Below, piece after piece: positions 49,636-60,309 of a stretch of 64,000 nt of DNA; position 1 is the stretch's first letter; every line of letters starts with the position of its first letter. The DNA lies in NCBI GenBank assembly GCA_040755995.1, contig JBFMAF010000011.1:32001-96000 (forward strand), written 5' to 3'. This stretch comes from Acidobacteriota bacterium. GTDB taxonomy: Bacteria; Acidobacteriota; CAIWXX01. Below the pieces are notes generated by a model that saw nothing but the letters and a program-made list of their open reading frames with translations, searched no databases and was not told the DNA's origin. The position numbers and the translations under genes are program-made.

Positions 49636-50853
49636 ATGAAACAGCTCAAGGTGCTCACTGCAGTGACTTGCCTGCTGGGCATCACCAGCCATCTCTCGGC
49701 CGGAACTGCCCTCGACACGAGGTTGAGGTTTAAGCTGGGGAGAGAGCACTTGATTTACGAGAGTCCGGAATGGAACACGAGTTGGCCGAAGGCGGTGTGG
49801 ACGGGCCGCAGAGCGATCGTCGTATGGGATGAGCTTCCACCCTCCTTGGAACACCGTGATCTGATGATGGCCTCTACCTCGGCTGATGGAGTCCTCATAG
49901 GGAACCCCAAGAAGGTCGCCAGGACCTATGGTGGAAACATGCCGATGATAGCGTGGACAGGCAAGTCTGTTATCGTCGCGTGGGACGGCCCGCTTTCACA
50001 GGGGGAACAGAGCTATGTTCTCCGTATCCAGCCCTTCTCCGAACATATGGTTCCACGGAGCTCACCCTGGGTACTGAAGGGTGCTTCGAATGTTCGATGC
50101 CGGTGTATGCCGTCATCTGGTACGCAATGTGCCATCATCTGGGACAACCAAATAGCTGCAGATGCTTGGCAATTCGGACTCCTCATCCTGGACGATTCTG
50201 GCAAGCCAACCTCCAAGCCTGTGGTTCTAGGAACGCGTAACGGCTATCCATCGTCTGCGGCCTGGGACGGCGACCACATCGACCTCGTCTACCACAGCAA
50301 TGCCGACTCCATATCACAAGAATCACTATGGCTGATGCGTATCGACCCACGCAAAGCCACAGTAATATCCGAAAGCCGCATCATCAAATCCCCAGGATCT
50401 GCTTCGGTTGCGCGACACGGACCGCACGCGCTGTATCTGGTGTGGGATGCCTTGAATGCATCATCGGCGTGGGAGCTTAAGGGGGCCCAGCTCGACTGCC
50501 GGACAGGGAGAACAACCAATGCAGTCCGATTGGGCCCTTATCAGGAGACATCTGCGGCAGGCGTGACCGGTGTGAGTGACCAAGCATATCAGCGGCAGAC
50601 ACCCGCAACCGGTGTCGCCTGGACGGAAGGACCGACGGTAGGCCCCTATGATGTCTACATAGCACTGGCGACTCAGAGCGACCGACCTGGCAAACAGGTA
50701 CTGAAAGTCAGTGATTCCAATGTGCTCGCTATGGAGTCAACGGTGGTCAGCACAGGTACCGGGTTCCTGGTGCTATGGCGAGACTGGAAAGACGGCCGTT
50801 TCGGTGGCGACTTGTTCACGCGGCGCGTCTACCCGGTGAAGCCTGCGCCATAA
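49636..50853 (+). CDS. Secreted hypothetical protein with repeated P..AW.G....VW units (propeller-like)
   Basis: AAGGAG RBS, signal peptide, repeats PKAVWTG / PMIAWTG / PSSAAWDG. Confidence 0.75.
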   Translation: MKQLKVLTAVTCLLGITSHLSAGTALDTRLRFKLGREHLIYESPEWNTSWPKAVWTGRRAIVVWDELPPSLEHRDLMMASTSADGVLIGNPKKVARTYGGNMPMIAWTGKSVIVAWDGPLSQGEQSYVLRIQPFSEHMVPRSSPWVLKGASNVRCRCMPSSGTQCAIIWDNQIAADAWQFGLLILDDSGKPTSKPVVLGTRNGYPSSAAWDGDHIDLVYHSNADSISQESLWLMRIDPRKATVISESRIIKSPGSASVARHGPHALYLVWDALNASSAWELKGAQLDCRTGRTTNAVRLGPYQETSAAGVTGVSDQAYQRQTPATGVAWTEGPTVGPYDVYIALATQSDRPGKQVLKVSDSNVLAMESTVVSTGTGFLVLWRDWKDGRFGGDLFTRRVYPVKPAP

Positions 50854-50889
50854 TGCATTGATGCGGCGGCACGCCCTATCTCTGAAGTG

Positions 50890-51090
50890 ATCGACGAGCG
50901 CGCCTCCGCGCGCTCGTCTCTCCAGCCGAATCTGGTCGCCAGGGCTCCGGCAGGGCAGTCTGTGACGCAGCGCTGGCACAGGATGCAGTCGGCTGTGCCC
51001 AGGCGCGCGCTAGCGGCCACACACTCGGCAACAGGGACGTCCATGGGGACGTTTGGGAACAGGCGCCGCATCGGTGCGCAGGTCCGGCTG
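50890..51090 (-). pseudogene. 4Fe-4S dicluster domain remnant, frameshifted
   Basis: HRCGACSQT in one frame, PMDVPV...DCILCQRCVTDCPAGAL in another. Confidence 0.6.
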
Positions 51091-51449
51091 GGCGACGACG
51101 CGCAGAAGCGCACGGCGGCTGGTCCAACGCAGAATAGATCCGCTGGGACACAGGTGGTGCAAGCTTCCATGCTTGGATTGGCCCACAACTGACTGATCCG
51201 AAGGAGATCGTGCAGATCGGCATGTGAACCTTGTGCTCGTCGCGGCCGGTAGGTTGGCGGTGGACGAGGGGCTGGACTCCCTGCCACTTCCTGCTCTCCG
51301 GGTGTCGCGAGAATTTACATGCCACTTGCCGAGTGCCGCGTTTAGCCTCAATCATGGCCCCATTCCCCATAAGCACTGGTCGTTGAGTGTGGAAGTCGAC
51401 CAGATTCGAGTCCGGGATCTCGGGAGCCGGCTGTTCCTTGTTTATCTCC

Positions 51450-51490
51450 GATGTAATGAAACGCCGCCTCCGTCGTAACTATAGAATGAG
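51450..51490 (+). promoter_or_regulatory. ECF-type promoter candidate upstream of the ECF sigma gene
   Basis: TGTAAT-16 nt-CGTA; 33/41 identical to 54221-54261. Confidence 0.6.
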
Positions 51491-51498
51491 GAGGCCCG

Positions 51499-52068
51499 AT
51501 GACTGAGATGAACGAGACAGCCGCTACGTTGCCCAACGAAATGTCCCTTCTAGCCACCGCTAAGACCGAGCCGGCGGCCTTCTCGGCGATATACGAGCAC
51601 TACTTCCCTCGCGTCTACACCTACATCCGCTATCGCATCCGGAATGCACCTACCGCCGATGACATTGCCGCTGCCGTTTTCGAGCGGGTGTTGGCCAGAC
51701 TCGGTGACTACCGGCCCGAGAGCGGGCCATTCGCAGGCTGGCTCTATGCAATCGCCCGAAACACGGTCTCTGATTACCAGCGAACGGAGAGAAGACGTCG
51801 CGGTTTCCTGACCGGGCTTCTGTTCGACAAGCCGTCGCATGAACCCGCGCAAGATGATGCGATGATCTTGGGTGAGAGGCGATTTGCCCTGATGGCCGCA
51901 ATCGCACGACTGAGTGACCGCGAGCGAGACGTCCTCGCACTCCGGTTCTCGGCGGGGTTGGGGAACAAGGCCATCGCCAAGCTCACGGGTATGCGTGAGA
52001 GCAACGTTGCAGTAATTGTGTTCCGAGCGCTGGGGCGCCTGCGCGCGGATCTATCTTCGACGAGGTGA
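51499..52068 (+). CDS. ECF RNA polymerase sigma factor
   Basis: AFSAIYEHY, ADDIAAAVF, FAGWLYAIARN, LSDRERDVLALRF. Confidence 0.92.
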   Translation: MTEMNETAATLPNEMSLLATAKTEPAAFSAIYEHYFPRVYTYIRYRIRNAPTADDIAAAVFERVLARLGDYRPESGPFAGWLYAIARNTVSDYQRTERRRRGFLTGLLFDKPSHEPAQDDAMILGERRFALMAAIARLSDRERDVLALRFSAGLGNKAIAKLTGMRESNVAVIVFRALGRLRADLSSTR

Positions 52069-52072
52069 TGAC

Positions 52073-53050
52073 ATGAACGAGAGAGAACTGGCCCAGAAAC
52101 TCAGTTGGGATATCGACCGTCTCATGAGAGAGGTGGAAGGATCCGAGGTTGAGCCGACGACCGAATCATACGAGAGGACGCTGGAACTGGTACGCGAATT
52201 GATCTCTCTTGACCTCAGCCATGAGAGCCGCAAACGAGATCTGCTGAGTCGGCGGTTGGAAACCGGGCTAGTCGATCAGACCGAAGAACGTGGGCACCAC
52301 GGGATGGTGGCGCCAGTCACTCTTTGGAGTCGCCGTCCGATCTGGACGATCTCACTGGGTGCGACGTGCGCGCTCCTTCTGATCGCGCTCTCCGTTCCGG
52401 ACGCGCGCACAGCCGCGAGCGAGATCATCAAGTATGTGCAGGAACTCGTTCTCGGCGAGCACCTGCAAGCCATACAGCTGTCTCAGGAGTACGCTGAAGC
52501 ACGCATGAAGGAATACCGCAAGACGCAAGCCCACCCTCCATTCCCTGCCAGGGATGACCTATTGAAGGGACCGCAGGTGATCTTCGATGAGTATGGATGG
52601 ATGTTGATATCACTCGGCGGAAACGGCAGCGGGTATGTTCCCGCTGGCGCCGAGCCGAAGCTACACCGCTTCCAGACCATCCATGAAGTTGTGGATGCCC
52701 TCCCCTTCTTGCCACTCGTGCCCGGATATGTGCCCGAGGGCCATGAGCTCCGAGAGGCTCTTGTTACACCCGACAATCAGGTCTTCCTGTTCTACGGAGA
52801 GCCTGCAAGGGAAATCATCGTCTCCCAGTCGCGCGTGGACAGTCATGCCACAATGAGCGTCATGACGAATGGTGACATTGAGAGGGCGACCGTTCAAGGT
52901 GTTGGTGCAGTTTGGATGAACGGCAATCCCGGGGGAGCGCTCTGTTGGGAATCAAATGGCTATGTGTTTTCGGTGCAGACGGCCGATCAGCCCGAGTCAG
53001 AAGCCATCCGGATCGCCGACTCACTGCAGCAGCCGAGCGGCGCAGATTGA
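52073..53050 (+). CDS. Putative membrane anti-sigma factor (DUF4367-like extracytoplasmic domain)
   Basis: Directly after the ECF gene; single TM; PGYVPEG and LCWESNG...EAIRIADSL. Confidence 0.75.
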   Translation: MNERELAQKLSWDIDRLMREVEGSEVEPTTESYERTLELVRELISLDLSHESRKRDLLSRRLETGLVDQTEERGHHGMVAPVTLWSRRPIWTISLGATCALLLIALSVPDARTAASEIIKYVQELVLGEHLQAIQLSQEYAEARMKEYRKTQAHPPFPARDDLLKGPQVIFDEYGWMLISLGGNGSGYVPAGAEPKLHRFQTIHEVVDALPFLPLVPGYVPEGHELREALVTPDNQVFLFYGEPAREIIVSQSRVDSHATMSVMTNGDIERATVQGVGAVWMNGNPGGALCWESNGYVFSVQTADQPESEAIRIADSLQQPSGAD

Positions 53051-53084
53051 ATAGCAATCCCAGCAACATGCAAAAGGTCGACTG

Positions 53085-54106
53085 CAACCTCGAAATTCAA
53101 GAATGCGGCCGAAAAGCTCCAGAGAATGCATCAGGACCTCGAGAATACGACGTCAACCGTGGTGATGGCGGATTGGATCAAATCCAATTATGAGCCTGCT
53201 GAGAATCCGACGGCACCCGGCTATGCGACCATCCTGGATAATCCTGTCAGCAAAGACTTTGACCATGACCTGGCCAGACGCATAACGGCCTTTCTGCGCG
53301 ACAAAGCCGCACACCCCAATTTGAGATCAATCACGATTCTGGGCGATGCGGTAGATATTCCACCAAGCTACTACTTCTTCCTCCGCCACTACGATGACTT
53401 CAATAATTGGATATGTTCCGATCTATTCTATTCATCGCCTGACTATGATTTCGTGATGAACTACGAGCTGGGCCGGCTGCCTGCATCAAGTGAAGAAGAT
53501 GCCCAGCTCATCATCGAGAAGATCATCAAACGGAAAACCAACATGAGCTCGGACTGGTTCATGAACGCCGCGCTCGTTGGGGGCGCGCCGTCTTGCGACT
53601 GGCAGATGTATGGCGAGTTGACTGCGTTGGATCCAGTCAATCGCAACTACCTAAGGGGATTCAAGATCAGAAAGGAGTTCCTCACCGAAGGCAGAGAGAA
53701 CAGGGATAACGTGCTTCCGCTCTTCTCTAACGAAGAGGCGGGAATCATCTATCACATCGGGCATGGAGGCGGAGATACTCTGTCCGTGGGCCATGATCAA
53801 ATAGGCCATTCAGATTTGATGGCATTGCCCGCGAAGAACAGATACCCCATTCTGCTTTCGATCAGAGTCGAATATGTCCTGTATACCTCACGCCCTGACG
53901 AGCTGAAGAATACATTCTTCATCGACGACATCTCTCCGGTAGGCATGTTTGAATCCGTGAAGGAGAACCAGGGCATTACATCTACCAGCTACCACGTCTC
54001 AGGCAATCCGCCGCGAAAATACTCGTATCGCGTGATTGCGGTCGACAATGACGGATTGAAGAGCAATCCGAGTAACGCGCAAGCGGTCGACTGCAAGACC
54101 GAGTAG
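53085..54106 (+). pseudogene. Peptidase C25 (gingipain-like) fragment joined to an FN3-like tail
   Basis: ILGDAVDIP, SDLFYS, LGRLP, HIGHG; sequence switches at ILLSI where the catalytic Cys is expected; YSYRVIAVDNDG.KS.PS tail; no N-terminus. Confidence 0.65.
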
Positions 54107-54220
54107 CCTCAGGACGCCGTTCTCAGCGGGCGTGAACACTGTCGAATGCTAGCCCCAATGGGGTTCAGGCCGCGTCGCAGAATCGCTACGATTGCAGTCG
54201 CAAGTCATGTAGACCCGCTT

Positions 54221-54261
54221 GATGTAATGACACGCCGCCTCAGGCGTATTTGCAGATTGAG
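54221..54261 (+). promoter_or_regulatory. Second copy of the ECF-type promoter candidate, upstream of the peptidase
   Basis: gatgtaatgacacgccgcctcaggcgta matches 51450-51477. Confidence 0.6.
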
Positions 54262-54389
54262 TGGACTGGTATGAAAGATACGTCCGTCACATGGCTGCGG
54301 GGCATCCCAGGTTGCGCTACTCTCAACTCGATGTTTCATATCCGGTTTCAGTCTCGGTCTACGAAATCCAAATCTCACGGAGGAATAGA

Positions 54390-56354
54390 TTGAAGAAAGC
54401 AACGCTGTTTCGGTTCGTTTTGATCGCCTTGGTCATGTGCACGGACCTTTCTGCCGCTGGTCCTTTGGATGAGCTGTTGGAAAACGGGAACGGCGTTCGA
54501 GCCAGACGCGATTGCGATGGGAAGCTCTGGAAGCTTACGGGCCCGATCACTGCTCCTTCGAAAGAGCGGCCAACAGAAATCGCTATTCGGTTCCTTGAAA
54601 CCTACGGAGCCGGCCTCGTGCCGAATGGCGAAATCGACATATCCCGCGTCAGAGCCTCCGCCGGTCCATCGGGTGCGAGGATATCGGCTCAAGTGACCTT
54701 CGCTGGCATCCCTGTGTTCAATGCCGAGGTCATGGTGCACGTTCTGAATGACGGGTCGATAGATGGAGTCGAGGTGCCAGTACTGCCACGCATCACGCGG
54801 ATGGTGTCTTCCTCCCTCAATGCCGCTCGTGCCGAGCAGTCGGCCCTCAGGCTGCTCGGTGCCATATACGGGCCTTGCGACTTCCCGACTTCATCCAGGC
54901 TTGTCTATCACGCAGCAGATGAGTCCCTCCGGCTCTGTTGGCAGGTCCAGGCTCTATCGCCCGCTGGTACCTGGTTGTTCCTCGTCTCGGCCGAGGTGCC
55001 TGGCATGACCTACGCCGTGAAACGGCTGGCTATGGACGCGATCACGGGCAAAGGCAAGGTATACATGGAGAATCCCATCGCGACCAAGGACCCGGTGAAG
55101 GTCGATCTGACGCACCTTGGGCGCTCCCATTCACTTGTAGGCTCCTGTGCCAGGACCTACAACGCAAATGGGAAGGAGATCTTTACAGACGGATTTCACA
55201 TGGGTCGATACACCACCGCTGCGAGTGCCGAAGACACATATGTTTACGGCGCCTCGGACATGCGCTTCGAAGAGGTCATGAGCTACTATCACATCACGCG
55301 GACCCACGACTACCTAGTGAACAACCATCTCGCCAGTGGCGTCCCTGGAACAATCCCTATCATAGTGAATCTGCGGGGCGACGCGGGATTTTACACACGC
55401 GACCCGCGATTCCCTTCCACGGGAATAATCGGCTTGGGCGCCGGCCACCTGTTCTACAATTTCAGCATGGATGCCGATGTCATTGTCCACGAATACGGTC
55501 ACGCCGTGCTAGACTACATAAACCCAGGGTTCGCGAGCCACTACGAGCATGTGTATTCGGGTGCAATTCACGAGGCTACTGGCGACTCTCTCGCGTGTCA
55601 GATGAGCGGAAACAGCAAAATGGGCGAGTATGCTACGAGATTCCGGGCGACCGGGAAGTGGATCGGGGAGAATATCCATAACAAGCGTCGCTACCCCGAT
55701 GATGTCGATGATCCGGAGCGCGGTGAGGCTGAGGTGCATCACACGGGACTGATTGCCTGCGGCATGTTCTGGCAGATGCGCAAGACCCTTGGCCCCGACA
55801 AAGCGATAGCCCTCTACTTTGACGCCCTTCACCGCCTGGGCCCGCACGCCAACTTCTTCGACCTCCGCGACGGTCTGCTCCTCGCCGACAAGGCTCTGTA
55901 TGATGGCACTGATGCGACGACCCTGGGCAGCATCTTCGCCGACAGGGGGCTTCAGGGCCAGGATCCCGGCAACAAGTCCGGGAAGGCGACCATCCTGTCT
56001 ATGCAAACACGGCATTTCGACATACAGAACTGGAAAGTCCTCGACAAAGCCGAGAGCTTTCAGCCGGGCTCGTGGATCGCCCTCATGGCCAATGTTCGAA
56101 TCACTAACTCCAGCCCGGGCTACTACGTGATCCCACGGATTAATGTCCTGTTCCCACCTGATGTGGGGGACAGTGGGTACGAGTGGTACGGAGTGACGCC
56201 AACGGCACGGTCGGGCGAACGTGAGTACCTACAGGGTGTGCTCTGTAGTCCTATCAATGCCACATCAGCGACATTGAAGTGGACACACACATGCCGGCTG
56301 GGAATGCAGACCAAGTACACGGAACGAAAGGTCGACTCGTTCAAGATCGAATAG
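54390..56354 (+). CDS. Secreted zinc metallopeptidase, M36/M4-like with FTP/PepSY-type propeptide
   Basis: TTG start after GGAGG, signal peptide, DADVIVHEYGH, GAIHEATGD, EVH..G. Confidence 0.85.
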   Translation: MKKATLFRFVLIALVMCTDLSAAGPLDELLENGNGVRARRDCDGKLWKLTGPITAPSKERPTEIAIRFLETYGAGLVPNGEIDISRVRASAGPSGARISAQVTFAGIPVFNAEVMVHVLNDGSIDGVEVPVLPRITRMVSSSLNAARAEQSALRLLGAIYGPCDFPTSSRLVYHAADESLRLCWQVQALSPAGTWLFLVSAEVPGMTYAVKRLAMDAITGKGKVYMENPIATKDPVKVDLTHLGRSHSLVGSCARTYNANGKEIFTDGFHMGRYTTAASAEDTYVYGASDMRFEEVMSYYHITRTHDYLVNNHLASGVPGTIPIIVNLRGDAGFYTRDPRFPSTGIIGLGAGHLFYNFSMDADVIVHEYGHAVLDYINPGFASHYEHVYSGAIHEATGDSLACQMSGNSKMGEYATRFRATGKWIGENIHNKRRYPDDVDDPERGEAEVHHTGLIACGMFWQMRKTLGPDKAIALYFDALHRLGPHANFFDLRDGLLLADKALYDGTDATTLGSIFADRGLQGQDPGNKSGKATILSMQTRHFDIQNWKVLDKAESFQPGSWIALMANVRITNSSPGYYVIPRINVLFPPDVGDSGYEWYGVTPTARSGEREYLQGVLCSPINATSATLKWTHTCRLGMQTKYTERKVDSFKIE

Positions 56355-56677
56355 CGGCCGGTCGTTGAGGCGAGGCCCGTCTCCTGTACCCTTTCCCGTC
56401 TTCGAGGCCCGGGGAGTGCAGTCGACATCGGCAACAGCAACGTGGACGGGAACGGGCGAAGCGCCAAGGAAACAAGGGCGAATGACGTACTTGAGAAGAA
56501 AGGAGAGCGGAGGTGATCCGGTTCGCGCATCATGAAAGGGGGAGTGAACAGGGTACTGAGAGGATCGAATCGTCAATCTCCGGCGGGCGCGTGCGCCGGT
56601 AGTCGAGGAGCCGTGCCGGCTGGATAGCGAGGGACAGGTAATGAACAAGGGTATCTTTCTGGAAAAGGAGACGCGAA

Positions 56678-57265
56678 ATGGCAATCAGATCGGCAAATCG
56701 ACCCTATGGGATATGCTTCGCGGCGGTGATCGCATTGGCATGCGCCGCGATGTCAAGCGCCGCAGACATAAAGCCGTTCCTCAAACTGGGGTTACATACG
56801 AACGGTAACATCTACAGTGATCTGGATCTCGGATTCGGGAGCCGCCTCATGTACGGTGGCGGCCTGGACATTGGCATCAGCAGACTGACTTCGGTCGGAC
56901 CGGAGTTCAGGGCAAGGGGATACACGGCCGACTACTCGGTCGCGGGTGCCGAGCATGAATTCAAGGAGCGCGAGTACGAGCTCCTTGGCAACTTCTCAGT
57001 CGCACCTCAACTGGACGCCTCTATCGCGCCATACTTCGGAGCCGGAATGGGGGTGGTCCATCTCACAGCCGAGTTCGACGAGACGGTCATTACAGATCCG
57101 CCGTATCCCGTGTTCCGGGAATCAGATTCCGCGAACAAGGGCGAGATCCGCGCATTCGGCGGAGTGAGATTCACAAAGCACGTGTTCGCCGAATTCGAGG
57201 TCAGACACATCTTCATGGATGGTGCAGGAACTGATGCGATTGCGAGTTTCGGCGTGAGATTCTGA
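56678..57265 (+). CDS. Outer-membrane beta-barrel protein
   Basis: AAGGAG RBS, signal peptide, PYFGAGMG, terminal FGVRF. Confidence 0.85.
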   Translation: MAIRSANRPYGICFAAVIALACAAMSSAADIKPFLKLGLHTNGNIYSDLDLGFGSRLMYGGGLDIGISRLTSVGPEFRARGYTADYSVAGAEHEFKEREYELLGNFSVAPQLDASIAPYFGAGMGVVHLTAEFDETVITDPPYPVFRESDSANKGEIRAFGGVRFTKHVFAEFEVRHIFMDGAGTDAIASFGVRF

Positions 57266-57291
57266 TTCACCCGGCAGGCCAGAGAATCCTC

Positions 57292-57339
57292 ACGGCCGTT
57301 GCCGCGCTAGCCCTCGCGCCAGGGCGCGGCAACGGCCGT
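57292..57339. terminator. 16-bp perfect stem-loop after the OMP gene (terminator or RNA-stabilising hairpin)
   Basis: acggccgttgccgcgc / gcgcggcaacggccgt with a 16-nt loop; no U-tract. Confidence 0.55.
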
Positions 57340-57493
57340 CTCCTCCCGATCGGCCGCCTACTCTCGAATATCCATACAGCGCGGCACACGCTCTTAAGAC
57401 CGGGCAACCACATCGTGGACCGTCTTGGTCCAGAGGGGGACTTGTCGATCCTTGCGTCCCTTGCCGTGGAGCCGAAGCCAAGGCTCTCATCTT

Positions 57494-58079
57494 CCGACTC
57501 AATGGCCGTGGCCGACCGCCACCGCACCCTGCTCCTTCTGGTATGCTGCGCCGTTTCTGGCGCGTCTCCACCGGAAGCTTTCGCCGGGAGATTTGAAGGA
57601 CGCCGTTCATGCCGCGTTGTCTCGCGCCGTAGACAGCCTGCGATCGCGATTCGCCCTCCGGCCATTTCCTGTGCGGCCGTGGGAGATCGGAGATTGGGGA
57701 AACAACGGCGAGCTGCTCGGCTACGTTTTCGACGCGTATTGGCTCTCCAAGGTGTTCCCCGCCAGAATGCGGTTCGCCGATGCGCTCGGCTGCGCCTACT
57801 GGCTCTTCGGCCTGCATCCTGTGAACGACTTCACCTTCGTGTTCGGGACAGGCTTGCCCGAACCCAAGTATCTGTACAGCGGGATATTGCAAGTTCGATT
57901 CGGCAGCAAGCCGGCGAGCGTGCCCGGCGCGGTCGTGCCCGGCATCAGCAGCTATTCGCGCGGCTACCTGCTGGACTACCGCGACCGGCCGCAGGAGTAT
58001 CGAAACGGCGAAGCGTGCATCTACGACGCGGCCGTGTTCCTCTTCGTCATGTTGGCGCTCAAGTCGTTCGGCAGGTAGC
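57494..58079 (+). pseudogene. Orphan GH9 3' end (copy 2 of the direct repeat)
   Basis: Same frame and stop as 47531-48115; no 5' part. Confidence 0.93.
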
Positions 58080-58102
58080 GCAAGGGATCCCGTCGATGCG
58101 GC

Positions 58103-59182
58103 CTAGGGTGCATTTGCGACAGTGATACCGATGGATGCCTTCGCCCCTTCGAGCGGCAGGTATTTCAGAATCCGATAGCTCTTCAAGTCAATGATGTAGA
58201 CGCCGCCCGTTTGGCCTCCTCCCCAGCACGCTGCGACCAAACGGCTGTTTTCTTCGTCCAGTTCGCAATGAATCGGGTTTGACGCCAGCCCCTGGATGGT
58301 CGCCTGAATCTTTCTCTTGCCCAGATCCACGACCGAGATCGCGTCTCCGTCGACGTGGCAGACGAAAGCGAGTGTCTTACGGTGGTCGAACGCGATGTCG
58401 AACGGCCTCCTGTCGAACGCCACTCGATCGATGATCTCTTGCTTCGCGATATCGACGAAGAGCAGCTCCATCGTGTTGTAATCCGTGACAAGACAGACGT
58501 CCGGTTCGTTACAGAAACCCACATCGATCGGATGACTGAATCTGCCGGATTCGTCGGAGTCCCATGCACAGCCAGGGCTGGGACCAAGGTGGATTGTATA
58601 GATACCGTCCTTGGCACTTCTCAGAATATTGTCCAGGTCGTAGACGTACAGGTCCGCGCTCTTTCGATTCGTGACGACCAGCCATTTAGCGTCGGGGCAA
58701 AGGCCGACGTGAACCGGGATGAGCCCCGCGGGAAGGTCCGAGATGATGTCCAGCGTGGTGCCGTCCATGATGAATACCCGGTGCAGGTTTTCGTCGGCGA
58801 TGTATATCCTGTCTCTCTTTCCGTCATATACAAATCCGGATGGCATCGACGCGCCGGGGAAGGATACTCGCTTGATGACTTTCTCGGTCCGCAGGTCTAC
58901 CAGCACGACGGCCCCTTCGCCGTCGCGGCGCTCGTAATTGTGCAGCGCTACGATCAGCTTCGTCGGATCATGCGGGTGAAGCGAAGAGAAAATGGGATAT
59001 TGTCCAAGGTGGAGATCGCGAAGCCAGCTTAGACTATCGAGCTCGATCACAGACACGGTATGGCTCATTATGTTTGAGATATAGGCCAACCTTGCCCGTT
59101 TAGCCTGCGGTTGCTCTTGATCAGCCGGCGAACCGCCTGCAGCGAATCCCAGCATGAGCACAGCACTCAAGATTCTGTTCAT
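58103..59182 (-). CDS. YVTN/YncE-type beta-propeller protein, secreted
   Basis: Signal peptide, AYISN...TVSVI and similar blade repeats. Confidence 0.8.
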   Translation of the reverse strand: MNRILSAVLMLGFAAGGSPADQEQPQAKRARLAYISNIMSHTVSVIELDSLSWLRDLHLGQYPIFSSLHPHDPTKLIVALHNYERRDGEGAVVLVDLRTEKVIKRVSFPGASMPSGFVYDGKRDRIYIADENLHRVFIMDGTTLDIISDLPAGLIPVHVGLCPDAKWLVVTNRKSADLYVYDLDNILRSAKDGIYTIHLGPSPGCAWDSDESGRFSHPIDVGFCNEPDVCLVTDYNTMELLFVDIAKQEIIDRVAFDRRPFDIAFDHRKTLAFVCHVDGDAISVVDLGKRKIQATIQGLASNPIHCELDEENSRLVAACWGGGQTGGVYIIDLKSYRILKYLPLEGAKASIGITVANAP

Positions 59183-59267
59183 ACTTGTCTCCAGTCCATG
59201 ATGCGTGAGGGGGTAAGCCCTGCCGGCGGGTTCGAGCCTGGACGCCGCGCCTCCGAATGGCTCATAG

Positions 59268-59843
59268 TCAGAGCCGGTACTTCAGAAGCTCCTTGAGGAT
59301 CTCCTCGTTGTGTCTCCTGATCTCCATGAGGTCTTCGCGGATGTTGGTCTTGAGATAGACGTCCCGGTCGCTCTTGCCGACGGCGGCTTCGATGCTCGCC
59401 GTCAGCACCTCCGACTTCTGCTGAAGGGAGATGAGTTTCTCCTTGAGGGCTGAAACCATCTCACCGAGAGACTGCGCCATGGGAGTCAACTGGTCACCCT
59501 CGCGAAGTCGCGTGTTGACCTCGAGATTTCCCTCCTTCACCGACGCAGCGATGTTCTGAAACCTGCGTATGGGACCACTGATCCGGTGCGAGGTTCTGAG
59601 CGTGACGCGGGCGGTGGGATAGAGGAGCAGTAGGAGCGAAACACCGTTCGCAACGATGATTCCAAGAACGAGCCCGCGTCGATCCGAGCGCCCCAGTGGC
59701 AGCTGGCTCCGAGTGGCGATGAAATAGATCAGCGCGCCCGACAGAACGGCCCCAATGAGCAATATCCCCACGAAGGTGAGGACGAAGCGAAACTGAAACC
59801 GCCTGTCAACGAGAGTAGTTCGCCGCTTCTCAGGCTCATCCAT
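59268..59843 (-). CDS. Two-TM HAMP domain protein
   Basis: RR...VDRRFQFRF, two TMs, SHRISGPI..F, RLREGDQL. Confidence 0.8.
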   Translation of the reverse strand: MDEPEKRRTTLVDRRFQFRFVLTFVGILLIGAVLSGALIYFIATRSQLPLGRSDRRGLVLGIIVANGVSLLLLLYPTARVTLRTSHRISGPIRRFQNIAASVKEGNLEVNTRLREGDQLTPMAQSLGEMVSALKEKLISLQQKSEVLTASIEAAVGKSDRDVYLKTNIREDLMEIRRHNEEILKELLKYRL

Positions 59844-60099
59844 GGCGAGTGTTCCTCACGCACATCACGAACGGTGAGGACGAGGTTATCAAAGCCGCGA
59901 ACGGTGTGTCAACAATTCGCGCGGCCGGGCGGCCGGGCGGCGGCGGCCCACCGTAAGCTCCAAGCGAGGGGATTCCTCCCTCAGTGGACCCTCACGAAGG
60001 GGTGGTTGTCCAGAAGAGGGATCAAACAGACGCGGTCGAGTCTGCACAGAGCGTCGGAGAGCTGCCGGTATAGCGATCTCAGTTCCGGCCTCAACGCAC

Positions 60100-60210
60100 C
60101 GGTTGTCTGTGCACCGCAAAAGGCACATGCCGTTCAGGAGATCGGACGAGTGGCCGATTCACGTGAGTCCATCATCATCACCAAGTGCGGCAAACTCTTG
60201 GCGAGCTCCA
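60100..60210 (+). pseudogene. Phd/YefM antitoxin remnant
   Basis: KAHAVQEIGRVADSRESIIITKCGKLLA resembles the Phd N-terminal fold; no start codon. Confidence 0.55.
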
Positions 60211-60278
60211 GGTCCCGCCGCAGCTCCTTCGCCGTCGTGAAGGCGGCATCGAGGATGCGGCGCTTCGCGGCCTGGGTA

Positions 60279-60309
60279 GAGAGAGCCAGGCAGAGGCATG
60301 GCACGGACT
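60279..60309 (+). repeat. Left arm of a 31-bp perfect inverted repeat
   Basis: gagagagccaggcagaggcatggcacggact equals the reverse complement of 62197-62227. Confidence 0.92.
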
